The notes beneath the pieces were generated by a model. The model was not told the origin of the DNA. It ran no database searches and saw only the letters and a list, made by a program, of their open reading frames with translations. A program made the translations under genes and the position numbers. Positions 1 to 12,544 of a stretch of DNA of 51,458 bases are shown here, piece after piece. Position 1 is the first letter of the stretch; every line of letters begins with the position of its first letter. Source of the DNA: Vermamoeba vermiformis (taxonomy: Eukaryota); assembly GCA_045837725.1 (NCBI GenBank), contig JBEWZL010000115.1, positions 124,001-175,458 on the forward strand. The letters are read 5' to 3'.

Positions 1-896
1 ATGAATCAGATCACTGAGCTATTTTTAGGTGCTGATCATGTCGAGCATGTCGCTGCTGAACTACCGCGAGTACTTGGCCGGTGAAGAAGACAACACGGCG
101 CTCGAGACCTCCGTGGACTCCACGGCCCTGCTCACCTTCAAGATGGTGCAAGCGAGTCAAGAACTGCTCTGCGACACCCATTGTAGAGCTCTGTGCGTAG
201 TGCTCGATACTTGTACTCATTGGGCTATTGACTGATCTATTTTTAGTGTGTCCCGAGAACAGTCGCTACATTGTTTCAGTGAAACTCAAAAAGTTCAACA
301 GTTTCGATGCAGACACGCTGAAACAGATTGTCAAGTCCGAGGAAGAGATTGCCGAGGCTGTACGTCACTTGTTGTACATGAGACATACTCGTACTCAATC
401 ACGTGATATTTGCAGGGTGAATATCGCAATCCGAACTACGCCTCAGGTCAAGTGTTTTATGCCACACTGCTCGACACGCTGATTGGTCAGACGTACTACA
501 ATGTGGATCTGCTCGACATCCTCGAAGACTTGATCAAGCCCGACACAGTGCACCTCGTGGCACTCACAGACAGACCACAGCTGCTCACGGAGAGCGGTGA
601 CGCCAAGCCTGAATGCAAGCTGCGCACCTTCCTCGAGCTGTTCACGTACTTTGTCACGCAAGAGCGCGCACTGCCCCTCGGCATCTATCGCAAGGGCTCA
701 GGTATTCATGAACCAAGTTATTTTTAGCGCAGCACTGACCATCTTGACAGGCATTCACAACGGCTACGTGTTGACAGTGCCCAAAAAAGACGAAGTGATC
801 TTTGTGACGGACAAGGTCTTCTTGCTCAACCAGGGCAAGCTCAGCACTGAAATTCAAGCCAAATTGCAAAAGATCCGCGAGTTCCAAGACAGGTAG
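1..896 (+). CDS. 3' part of a Ca2+/Na+-activated K+ channel (Slo/BK/KCNT family), RCK2 region; 5' end lies outside the window; spliced
   Basis: Exons read YASGQVFYATLLDTLIGQTYYN, RTFLELFTYF...LPLGIYRK and YVLTVPKKDEVIFVTDKVFLL. These match the Slo-family C-terminal pattern (yasG.vf...ldsll.qtyyn; iplGiYR; YViTnP...tD.VfvL). GT-AG introns separate the ORF pieces; stop TAG at 894-896. Confidence 0.8.
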
Positions 897-950
897 AGGC
901 TGTCAGCGATGTAAATAGCCAAAAATAGAAATAAATCTTATTTATTGATG

Positions 951-1989
951 CTACGCGCCAAATGTCTGCGCGATGAGAATGGACAGCACGAGCACTGCAA
1001 TGAGTGCCAGCAACACACCACCACGTGATTTGTGTTGAGTATTTACAGGTTGAGGATTGACAGGTGCCTCGGCGGGTGTTGTTTTGACAGGTACGTTGTT
1101 GACAGGTGTCACTTCTGCACTTGGGCGCAATGTGTCCAATTCTTCTAACATGTCTGCAAACATCTTCTTGAATGCTGCAAAGATCAAACAAATGAGTCGC
1201 GCACAACACGTGCCACTAGCAACACGACAACTACGTACTCGGATTCTTGCGATTGAAGGCCATGGACATCTGTGCCAGCGCGCGCTTCTCACTGTCCGTG
1301 GTGCTGATGCTGCCCGTGGTGGACTGGTTCTCGAGCTAGTGCCAGGGCTGTTAACAATAGGGCTGTATAATCAGCGACAATACGCACCATGAATGACAGC
1401 AGCCCCGTCAATATGCTGCTCACAGACCACATTGGATTCCACGTCTCTGGATGGAACTGACAACGCGTGCATTAGTCGACTGCATGCCTCGTAGTGCACT
1501 TACATCGCTCATTGATAAGCACAGGCGCGTATTAGTGGCGAATCGACCGCTCGGCGTGATCATCATGATGCTCGGTGGTGCGTGCGGATAAGTCGTCGGG
1601 AACTTCAGCTTGCCGTGATAGACTCCTCCTTCATATACTGTGCCCTTAGGGCCAAACAATACTATGGCATAATTTCATTAATTATAGTCCGTTGTATAAG
1701 CATGATCGCAATTAAATTTAGTGCCACGTCAGCTGGATTCAATTTCAGAATAAAAATTCGAAATAATATTTCAAATAATTCTGTTATTATTCCTATGCCA
1801 AGAATATAGTATACCATAATGCCACTCAAGTATATTATCTGGATTGGGGTGCGTTTGAATATTTGGTGGTGGATCTTTAAGGATTTGTTGGTATTCCCTT
1901 TGTAGCCGTTTCTGTAATGATTCTTTAGCTTACATGATCATTAATAGTATCGATGTAGTACATACAACGTATTCTTTTTGTTGTGACAT
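951..1989 (-). CDS. UBC6: ER-anchored ubiquitin-conjugating enzyme E2 (Ubc6/UBE2J2 family), spliced
   Basis: Spliced translation [108 protein letters not shown]. Catalytic Cys lies in RLCLS; C-terminal TM anchor [16 protein letters not shown]. Confidence 0.95.
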
Positions 1990-2042
1990 GTTAGCTGTCT
2001 TTGAACAAAGTAAATTTACAGATCCACGGAACAAGCAAGCAG

Positions 2043-2052
2043 GTCACGTGAC
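2043..2052. promoter_or_regulatory. Palindromic E-box / CLEAR-like motif GTCACGTGAC upstream of UBC6
   Basis: Perfect 10-bp palindrome ~55 bp upstream of the ATG. GTCACGTG also sits upstream of the genes starting at 18586 and 26381. Confidence 0.45.
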
Positions 2053-2193
2053 AAGAATGGTACACCATTGTCACTGACAAGCAGCATCTAGTAGCAATGT
2101 GTTTATTTACAAGAGAGTCCCAGATAAGGGATACTATATTACAAGTGTTGGTTTGTTTTTACAGGTTGGATCGCTATTTACAACTTCGCGGAA

Positions 2194-5100
2194 TTACTCT
2201 CGCGCATTTAGCTGCACGGGAGTAGCTCCGAAAAAGAATTCGACGACGTGCGAATCAAATTCGTGCAACAATTGCTTGAACGAGTACGTTAATCCGCACA
2301 TCTTTTTGAACAAGAGGCACTTGGTCACCAATTTTTCTAAATTAGGCAAGTCAGTACACTGCACTCTCATATCTACTTCCATATGAAGTACTTACGCGTA
2401 TCGAGCTTCTTTCTAAAAATAGAGCGCAGTGAAGTCAGCTTCGACTGATGTTTGGTCAATTGCAATGAAATTTCGCGTTGCAATGCAGTAGTGTCACAGT
2501 CCTTGTCGGGCACGGACGCGTCGCTCTGACACCCCGCGTACTGCGTGTCTTCGAGCTGGGCCGAGTAGATGCGCTCCAGTCGCTCGTGCAGCTCCATCTC
2601 GAAGGGCGTGGCACCAGTGACCCCCGAGTCAAACAGCTCTTCCGTGATGTTCAACAGTCCGCAGTACAGCGCACTCGCCACTGACAACTGTGCTGCGCGC
2701 TCTGAGGCTACGCCGAGCACGAACAGACCACCGAGAATGCTGCGGTGCGTGTTAGTGAATGCAGATACTGGTTTGACACGTGTCACACTTACATCTCCAC
2801 GGGCACCAAGTCAGTGTTGAGCAGGGCCTCAATGCCTAATCGGGCATAAACACGTGCTTGATCGTGACAGTGGTGCGCACTGAACAGATCTGCGAGCAAG
2901 AAGGCACACGCAGCTGTCTGTGGCGTGTGTTCGCCGAATGACGCGCACACGAGCTGCAGTTGTCGCTTGCGCAGTCGTGCTAAATTTAGGACGCGACTGA
3001 TGCTGACTTCGCGCGGGGACACCGCAGCGGTATTCAAAATTGCAACAGTGCGCTGATCAGCGAGTGACTGCTGACCGGCATGCTGCTCATCCCGCACTTG
3101 ACACGTGTCATCTGATCGATCACGTGCCTCATCAGGGTGCGTCAGTAGCGCGCGATGCAGCTGTTCGAGTTCAGCGTCGTCAGGTCCGAGAGCAGTCGCA
3201 GACTCCGTTTGACAGCAGGTGGCAATGTTGTCCCACATCTGTTGCCAGCCACCGCGGATGTCTTTCACGGTCTTCAATTGCACGCGAATGCTGTCAATGT
3301 CGGCAATGGTCAGTGGGGCCTCGCGACTTCTGCGCACTGATTCGACGGCGACATTGGGCACCTCAGCTGCTGTCACCTGCGAGCTGCTGCTGTCACGAAT
3401 CAGTCGCGCGTCTTGGGGATAGTGCTGCTCGGACTTGAACAGCTTGGACACTTCGGGCTTGAATTTGACACCTGTGAATTCTAGACCACGTGTTAGACTT
3501 GCCTTATTAAGTAATATCGCTACATACCCTGCAACAGATGGAACAGCGTCAATTTGCTCAATTTGGTCTTGAGCGAGGCCGTGTCAATGTCCTTGAGATC
3601 GAAGCCAAAGGGTCCATATTTGAGCAACAGTTGCAGCGGTATTGAGAACTGCCAGTACTGATCGCTGCGAATACCTTCACCGAGCACCATGTTGAAGAAG
3701 TTCACCACGCACTTCTCGCGGTCTCGGATCGGTGAAGTGAAGTTTTGTGCGCGCAGTTTGGTGCGCAACTGACTCTTGATGACGCGCGCAATCATCTGAT
3801 AGCCGAGCAGATTGTCCTTCATGCGGTGATGTGCGGGCAACAGCGAGTAGATGCGACCCAAGTAGCGCAGATTGATGCCCCACTTGTGCATCAGCGCGGG
3901 GAGATGCAGCGCGGAGATCACCTGCACGAATGGACTGTTAGTGTCTCGCGAATACAATATCGGCTCTATAAATAGCACTCACGCGCTCGCTGTTGTTGCA
4001 CAGCCAGTCCACAAAGTTCGGAATCACTTCGTCGAGCAGTTTCTTGCGCAGTTGTTTGGCCTCGCGCTCGTGCTCTTCGTGATTGTCCTGTCCGAACTTG
4101 CTGTACACGTCACTCGAAATCGGCACTGCACTCTGTCGGACCAGCTCGGGACTATTGCAAAGGTGAGCACTGCTGTCTGACTGCAACACAGGTACTTACC
4201 GAAACAAGTAATAGAGCGACTCGCGCTTCGAGCCAGTGGTGATGATGGCATTGCCGACAGTCTTCATGTCCGTCACGAATGAAGCGATGATGTTCACGTG
4301 CTCAGAGTTGTCCAAGCCCGTGTCATACGCACTGTAGATCATCATCGTCTCTTCGGGCACTTGTTTCTCAATCCAATCCACGTGTTCGCCGAGCAGTGCT
4401 CCGATCTCTTCGTCGAACTTGCTGCGATTGATGCACACGAGTTCTGGGCGGATTTTCAGATCACAATGAATTTTCACACCGAATGTTTGCAAGAATTCAT
4501 CTTCTGCAGGGAACAAGCGCTGCACATCGAGGATGTAGAGTCGATGGTCAGTGCCCTTGTGGCCCTCAACGTCAGCTGGGAAGTGCAGCGTCCAACTCTC
4601 TTCGTGCACGCCACTTGGGGTGTGCGGCATTGGTGCGGGACTGCGCGGGGCCATCGAAGGGAACTCAAAGTCATTGCTGCTCAACACTGCCAAGGACGTG
4701 GTGTTGGTGTTGCTGGGCAGGGCATTGGTGTTGTTGATCGGGAGCACAGCGGAGTCTTCGAGTGGCTGAGTGCTGGGCAAGCTGTTGGAAGTCTCGCCAT
4801 CAAGAATGGGATTCACATCGCTGTAGCCCCCGACATCGTTGTCCGAGGCTAGGGCATTGGCGAGCAGATTGCTGGTGTCATCGAGCACCTCGGCATTGTC
4901 CGTGAGCTGTGTCTCTTCAGCATTGTCCTCGTTGTACGGGTCACTAGTGATGACACCTGTCACTTTGCCGTCCTCCATGGTGATGTCATACGTGGTCTCG
5001 AGATTGCTGTCAGATGAGACGAGCACTTCTTTGCTCTCATCGAACATGGCCGAGGACTGCACCGTCACAGTCGGAGTCACTACAACTACCGCTGCATCTC

Positions 5101-6300
5101 CCTCGCGAGATATACGCAGTTTTTTGCGCGGTGGACCGAACGGGTGCGAGCTATTCATGTCGCTGCTGTGCGGAGGTCTGTCCATGGGATTGGGACCTGT
5201 GCGCTCACCGCCAAAGAAGCGATGGCCCTTCCAGCTCGAAAAGCGCGGGATGTTTTTCTTGCGGTAGTGATAGCTGCGATTGACCTGCGGATTCTGCGTG
5301 GTCAGTGGATGACTCGCTGCAGGTCCTTGCAGCCAGCGCGGTCTCACAGGATCGTACTGCAGTGCCTTGACTTGATGTGCTTTGAGGCCCAGTCGTCGTG
5401 CGGCTGTCTTGACCAAGTAGCGCATCTCAGCGTCGTCGTCGTGCAGTGTCTTGCAGCCTGCGCAGTGTCAGTGGAGGACACGTGACACGTGAGATAGTGA
5501 TACGTACCATCGTCAGAGCCATACACAATGGTCTTGCGATTGACTGGCAGTGCTGCTTCAGCGACCAATCTGAAGCCGTAGTAGTCCAGCACGACCATCA
5601 TGGGCAAGTGCAGCTTGGGTATGTCGCACGCGAGCAGTGCATTCAGCGACTTGATCTCGTGGTCTGAGTAGCATACATGTTAGTCATACAGCACTGTCGC
5701 TATTAATAAGGGGTGTTAGTCGTACCCGCTGCTTTCATCGAGAACGAATCACCGCCGTAAATGCCCACGTGATCAGTGGCGAGCTTGAAGAATATGCCAT
5801 CGCGGAGGAACTTCTCTGTTGTTAATAATATGTCAGTAATAGTTACACAAATATCAACGCTGAACACGTACCACCGCCAGCCATGCCACGATCTCCGAAC
5901 CGATCGACGGTCTTAAACTTGGCAGCGAGTGAGTATTCTTCGATGATAGTCTTGCCAAGCTCCTTAGCCCTGCAGAAGTCACATTTAATACGCGATTCTT
6001 AATTCATTTTCGCTAGAAATAAGTTTGAAATTTGATCGAAATTACGCGCGCTTAATCAAAAGTACACCAAGGAAAAGATTACTGATTACGGTATTGCCAC
6101 TCATCAGCTGTATTACTATGATACTACGCTTACCTGTTCACGAACTCATTGTAGAGAGTGGAGAGTTTGACGGCGCGATCTAGCCGTTGTTCGGGGGTTT
6201 GGCTCGGCAGCTCGTAATAGCATTGGAACTTAGCATTCCATTCCGTTGAGAATACTGGGTCAGGTTTGCTTTCTTCGTGCACTGTTTGGAATTGGACCAT
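2194..6300 (-). CDS. Clu (clustered mitochondria/TIF31)-domain protein with C-terminal helical/TPR-like region; possible extra 5' exons up to ATG 6763
   Basis: Motifs GMAGGEKFLRDGIFFKLATD, YGGDSFSMKAA-HEIKSL, LPMMVVLDYYGFRLVAEAALPVNRKTIVYGSDD, PADVEGHKGTDHRLYILDVQRLFP, LYYLFRPELVR and MHKWGINLRYLGRI are typical of Clu domains. Multiple GT-AG introns; stop at 2194-2196. Confidence 0.85.
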
Positions 6301-7488
6301 TAGAACTCAGGTCAAAATTTAATCGCAATTTGAAACTGAGATCCGCCTTTACGGTAAACTAATATTGTTGCTATTCGGGTAATATATTGTGCGACAAGTA
6401 AAATTATGTCCTGTATCGTAATTCAGCTGAAAATATTACCCGCGACGACTGGGTAACGATTTATAAAATAGGTTGATATCAAATCCGCGGACTTACCACC
6501 GTTTGTAATAATATTGTCAAATAGACTAGTCGAACTAGACTTGTTTTCAGCTATAATTTGGTCATCGTACGGATTTCTTTCCTAGTTTCGAAGATCGGTC
6601 AGAACGAAAGAATCAACAAACGATTGTTCCAATTTAAAATATAATGCTAGTATTAATAGTCTTTTTAATAACGCTGTACCTCTAATCGAAACTCGAGTTT
6701 GACGGGTGGATACGGTGGAGGCTCTACAACGCCTCCTATTTCATCAAATTTTCTTTTCGCCATTTTATGCGCCTACAAATATAATATAAATATGAGGACT
6801 CGAGCGAAGAATTATAGGTTTTTCTTGCAGTATTCTCTAATTACGTTGTGCAACATCTCGGCATAAAATGCAAGTGCACGACGCGACATAGTGTAGCGCG
6901 ATAATATACAAATAGTTCTTCTATTAATTAGCACCTACTTATACAAGTGATGTCACTGAAAGATCGTCCACGCATCCATCCACTATCCTCGTTCGTATCG
7001 TCTATTTGTCTCGTGCAATAATTCAATCGCTGATGTAACTACTAACTAGTAATATGAGGTGTGCTAGTGCTCGTTGAGGAACTAGTCAATTAGAGCGCAA
7101 CCATTGCCCCAGCAAAAAATATTTTGTCACGGCAGACAGACACACTGCGGCAGAGTGAGGTATAATTATTACTTCCATTGCTCTGTCCGTGGACAATACT
7201 TAACGATAATAGGCGAGTGGCTGCAATGCACGAGAACCAAGGTCGTGTTAAAAGAAAATTGATGATTCTTTTGGATAACCAAATTGAAATTAGTTTGAGT
7301 TGCGAAATTAATCAAATTTGGATATATGGTCATGAATTGATTGGACGATTACTTACGAAGTTCTAGATGAGCGTTGAGATCGAAGGGTTATTAATTAAAT
7401 AAGGTTTTAATAATACAAGAGTTCGACTAATCTTACAAGGATTTTACACTGTACATAATGAGTATCATATTATATAACATTCGTTCTG

Positions 7489-8291
7489 TTAATTCAACGC
7501 ATCTTCTTTGGCAGCGTTGATCGGCAAGGGCGGTGGATAGGTTGGGTGGCGCGTTAGGACCACACTAATCTGGGCCTTTTGGATAGCAGCGTTTTCTATA
7601 AAAGCATAGGTTAGTCAGAGTCAGGCGATGATTAGGGCAAGCGACTTTGAATTCTCGCAAAGGATGGCTGCGAGATTGCAGCGGAGATTTTTGTCTTGGC
7701 ATTGATAAAATTAAAACAAAAGCAATAAAGAACGCCTTTCGGATCTAGTATTGGTATGATATGCTGTCAAAAGCTTGTTTCGGAAGCTCAGTAGCACATC
7801 CAAACCGCTTTTGCTCTTTTTTCGGTATAGTCCAGATGAGATGTCTTTATCCGATCTTAATGGCGAATACTTTGCTAAACTTACCATCTTCCGAGTCCAA
7901 AGATGATGTGGTAATCTCTGAATTTCAAATTTAATGTCAGAACGGATGGAAAAGTTATTCAATTTCGATTACTATTCGTAACTTACTGCTAATAACTCCA
8001 ATCTTTTTACTTTTTAGTATCTCTGCTATTGTAACTACAGTTTCCATCGCTAAAAACAAAAATTAAAATGCAATCCCAACAGTAAACACGCCGATCTGCC
8101 CGCATGAATATTGGCAGCAGCAAGGACTTACCTTGACCTAATCCGCTGACTTCTAATTTCTCCTCGGTCATGAAATATTTCTTTGCTAAGTCCACGTAAA
8201 AGAACGCTGATCGCCGACTCGACACCTTCATTACGTTGAATAATGGAGGGGTTTCCGAATCAAAACCGTCCTCACTTGTGGGTGTCGACAT
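7489..8291 (-). CDS. Alba-family DNA/RNA-binding protein (4 exons)
   Basis: Spliced: MKVSSRRSAFFYVDLAKKYFMTEEKLEVSGLGQ-AMETVVTIAEILKSKKIGVIS-KITTSSLDSED-ENAAIQKAQISVVLTRHP. This matches the eukaryotic Alba1-like consensus (FYV.LAK...lSgLG.Ai..vVt.AEiLK...I.Ts...qKa.i.I.L). Confidence 0.9.
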
Positions 8292-9325
8292 CGTCACGAA
8301 CTGTTAAAATAGCAAAACATAACTTTGTGCTTTGTTGAAAGTGTCGGCCGCTCACATTAATTTCCTAATTAGGGCTGAATCGTACAGAATGACAAATTTA
8401 GACATTTTCGGGGAGCTGCATGCTCGTGTTCGTACAAAACACCTCCGGTTCTATGTTCTTCCGGTCAATTGTTTCCTTCCCGAAAGCAATCCGACGACAA
8501 CAGGTTGACAGCCGGAAGTGTTGTGCAATAACCGAGGAGTAAGCTTTGCGAACGTCATAATACAGTCAATGAACCTATTAGTTATGACTAGCTCAAGTTG
8601 TGTCCAGCGGCGGAATTACTACCGAGATACAATCTCCTGGAACCCGGCATGCTTTTCTAAGTTCTAATCTTGTAAATTTACTTCTTTTCAATGTCGAGCA
8701 CAATGACGAGTATCAATAAACAGTTGATTATACCTAGCAGAAATGATATTTGTTTAATCTTATTCTAAATGTCGTTAAGTAATTATACTAACGCAAAGAC
8801 TACTTTTTACCAGATCGGTCAATTTCTTGATAAGAGTTAAACATGAGGAGCACTAAGAGATACGACCTCCCGATAGGTATCTCAAAAATCATTCGGACCG
8901 GAATAGTGTGAACTTTTAATTTAGAGAAGCAAACGATTGCCCCGAATAGCTGCTGCGGAATTACTGTAGGATCGTTCCACGTTTTAAAATAGATCTAAAT
9001 TTGATCTAGCACTACAATTGTCCAAAATTGCTGCCGATAATGGTCTCCGATCTGAAACGTCTCTTTCTAGTTGGTGTTTCTCTTTCCCGCAGCACTTGTG
9101 ACTTGACTACTGAGTCAACGCCAATGCATTGCCGATCACGCATACACAATATACTTATCAGCTCTCTGGGAGCTGTCGGATCGGCCCAATTGTGAACCTA
9201 AATATAATTTATGTCGCGTGATCCACTCACATAATTTGAGCGCTGCTTCTTTTACACAGAACACACTTAGTTTTAGTGTTTAATACTTGAACGGGGCCTC
9301 AAAGCCCGATGAGAAATTGATTTAT

Positions 9326-10741
9326 TTAAGCTTGCTTTGGTTTGGCAGCTCCAAGAGTTTTTCTTCTCTGCGCGAACATGTGCAAGTAAAGTTGCGGGAA
9401 GATGAATGGATACATTGCCATAGCACCAATCAACAAGTAGTAGAAGTAGAACGAGAAGTTCCAAGCGTTGGGCAAGCTAATTGAATACAACTTGTAACGC
9501 TCTTGATCAGGCATGCCCGAGAGGATGTTGTAGGCACCGAACAATACTAAACGACGTGAGTATATTTAATTAATCAAGTGGCAGTCTACGAAGCGAATTC
9601 CATACTACTATAGAGGGAATTCTGTAAATAAAATTTAATTCCGAAAGAAACTCGAGCAAAGTCACAAAACGACAGGCATGGAACTGCGTAATTTTAACCT
9701 AGCTGGCAAACTAGACTTACCTGAGAGTTCTCCTGCGACACCAGTGGGATAGAGCACGATAAAGGTCGTATATCTGCGATTAATCTCGTTAGTGCGGGAA
9801 GGTAACCAGCGATAAGAATTATTTTCCTTTGCACCCTTTAAGTGCACAACATTATATATATATTATGTAGGTACAGAGACGTGCGAATAATTAATTGTCG
9901 CGAGCCATACCTGAGCCAGACGAGGAAAGCAGGGCACTTGTCAATGATCGGCAACTTGAGCGCGTAGAACCAGTAGCGAATGACTTCAGTAATAGCCCAA
10001 CTCAACACCATCATCACAAAGAACCATGTTTCAGTAGTCTGCGCGCTATTGTTAATTCTCCACACATAGCAGTCAAAGCAGATTAGGCATACCTCAGGGA
10101 ACGTTCCAGCGACAAAGACAAGACCAACGCGCGACATGACTTGGAAAAATGTCAAGAAGACACTAGTGTGCACAATACCTGGGCAGAAACACTGCTGTTA
10201 GCACTGCTGAAAACTGTTGCAAATCTTGAATCTAACAGCCTTAAGGCTTTACCTAAAACGGCATGAAGGACCTACCAATATCATCGATTAGTACCAACGA
10301 TTATGAGAGTATGAACAACGGCGGATTTACCTCCAAAATAGCGGCGTATTGGAAAATCATCATAGGAATACTAATGTGGTACCACAATGATTTTTCTGGA
10401 TTAGGAATAGTAGCGAGACGATAGACAGTCGAATAGAGGATGTAAGTCCTAATGGAAATTATTTTTTAGATGCGAGTCAAAGATATTTTCCGCTGTTTCA
10501 TAAATAAAATGACTCTTAAACACCATAGCACACGGCACATTTTAGCAGCACAATTAAATATAGTTGAAATAATTTAATTTAATTTGAAAGTGGTGTTGAT
10601 AACGGTCATATTCTATTTATTTTCACCATACCATCCAAAAGCTTGCACAACATTGTACCAGAACAAGTAGATTTGTGCAATCTTCGAGGGTCCTCTACGC
10701 TCTTTGTTGGCGGTAGTATTCGTGCTGTTAGTAGTGCTCAT
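9326..10741 (-). CDS. PHS1: Very-long-chain 3-hydroxyacyl-CoA dehydratase (PTPLA/HACD/Phs1)
   Basis: YLFWYNVVQAFGW, FQYAAILE, TFFQVMSR, LSWAITEVIRYWFY, WLRYTTFIVLYPTGVAGEL (catalytic Tyr/Glu) and FPQLYLHMFAQRRKTL. Confidence 0.95.
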
Positions 10742-10828
10742 GTTGAAGAACGAATAAAAATAGCACCTCCAATGAGTTTCGCGACCATCAAAAGAACACC
10801 ACTCGCACTACATTTTATTGTTAGTAAT

Positions 10829-11689
10829 ATGACAAACTGCGGAGTATGCAATACAGCGCCAGGCAAATACAAATGCCCTAACTGCGTCTTGAAATAGTAA
10901 GCATGTGGAGATTGCAACCTCGTTTAACGCCTGTCAGATCGCGTCACAGAGTGCAAGCCATATTGTTCCGAATATTTATTAATATTTGTTATATTTCTAC
11001 AGCTGCTCGGTGGCATGCTTTAAAATTCACAAAGGTAGCGTGAATATTTAATTTTTAATAGATCAGATCCAAGATCTTTTTATAGTGCCTTTGTTTTGTA
11101 GCATCGACGCTGATATTTTTTGTTAAATATAGAGGTTTGTAAAAAAGAAGAAAAGCCTGTTGCAACAGAACCGCAAAAACCAGCCGATCACGATCCAAGC
11201 CAGACACACAGCACACAGACCGAGACGAGTGCACCGACCACTCATAGTCACACAACTCACATCTAACATCACAGCAACACCCTCGCAGGGCACTGCAATA
11301 ACTACGCCTAAAGTACCGAATGTGACGAGTAAGTCCTCAGTCTACATTCAGCTGGTTCTAATGTGTCGCGCAGTCTCCACGCAACACGATGACATGTTTG
11401 ACAGCTACAGAGTGCCGAGTGAACTGCTGCTCAAGATCAGTAAGTGACGGGACTGCACTCGCGTTCACAGGACACTAACACGAGTTCGCTAGGTCAAAAC
11501 GCGCAGTTAGTGAAGGCCCTGCAAGAGCCCAGTCTGCAGCAGTTGATTCGCAGCATTGACAGCGCGCACAACCCTGAAGAGTGTCTCAAACAGGCGATGA
11601 TTGACAACCCACAGCTGCACAACTTCATCGACAACATGCTCAAGTCCATGGGCCTGCGCGATGAACAGAGTCACTCCACCATCATGTAA
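10829..11689 (+). CDS. ZNHIT3: HIT-type zinc finger protein (ZNHIT3/Hit1, box C/D snoRNP assembly)
   Basis: CGVCNTAPGKYKCPNCVLKYCSVACFKIHK zf-HIT across an intron. The C-terminal LVKALQEPSLQQLIRSIDSA...AMIDNPQLHNFIDNML resembles the Hit1 C-domain. Confidence 0.85.
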
Positions 11690-11945
11690 CAACGAGCGCT
11701 ATTGTCGAGCATATGAGCGCTAACATGAGGCAGCACAGTGATGTACCACTACACTTGTAAATAAACTTGCGGAATTGAACGAACCATGTTGGCCCTATCT
11801 GATTGAGCATATCTAACTAGCTGCGCTTTTAAGCTAAGTGAAAGATCAACAAAATTTTCACGGGGTCAAAGATATTTCTTGGTGACGCGGATGCAGCATT
11901 TTTTCATTCAGCACATATAACAAACACAACACACCAACACCAACC

Positions 11946-12367
11946 ATGAGTGCTTCATTCGGCAAAATTTTCTCCACCTTTTTCAGCGAATACAGCCGCA
12001 AGACACCGCTCAAGCTGAAAGTCATCGACGTTTACTTAGTCTATGTTGTGCTGACTGGCGTCGTCCAAGCACTTTATTGTGCTATGGTTGGTACTTTCCC
12101 CTTCAACTCATTTTTGTCTGGCTTCATCTCCACTGTGGGCTCGTTTGTTTTGGCTGGTAATGATTATCTAAAAAAATATCAATAATCGATAAAAAATTTT
12201 TATTTTGCTTAGACGTAAATGTTAACCTGTAATATTATATAGTCGGACTTAGAATGCACGTTAACCCTCAAAATACATGGAAAGGAGTTGTTCAAGAGAG
12301 AGCTTTTGCTGACTGGGTTTTTGCTAATCTTCTCTTCCACTTTGTCATCGTCTCTTTCTTGGGATAA
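11946..12367 (+). CDS. DAD1: Oligosaccharyltransferase subunit DAD1/Ost2 (2 exons)
   Basis: [12 protein letters not shown]...[38 protein letters not shown]...[23 protein letters not shown]. Confidence 0.97.
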
Positions 12368-12544
12368 AAAATGTGCTAAGTAACACGATTATTTAAGCAT
12401 TTGTTTAAATAGGAATAAATTTTGTTAAATACAACAACAGGAGAGAGATCGCATCTACAACCAAAACTAGTACTCAGCAACCTTAGTTTTATACAAATAA
12501 ATAATCGTATGTACAATAATCAATAACCAGCAAGCCGTGGATAT

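Noticed and set aside
2478-5667. Numerous plus-strand ORFs (and similar ones opposite other genes and pol)
   Set aside because: Antisense or alternative-frame shadows of GC-rich exons, with no independent motifs or splice structure.
8939-9010. tRNA-like start GCCCGAATAGCT
   Set aside because: No D-loop GG, anticodon arm, TTCG T-loop or matching acceptor strand follows.
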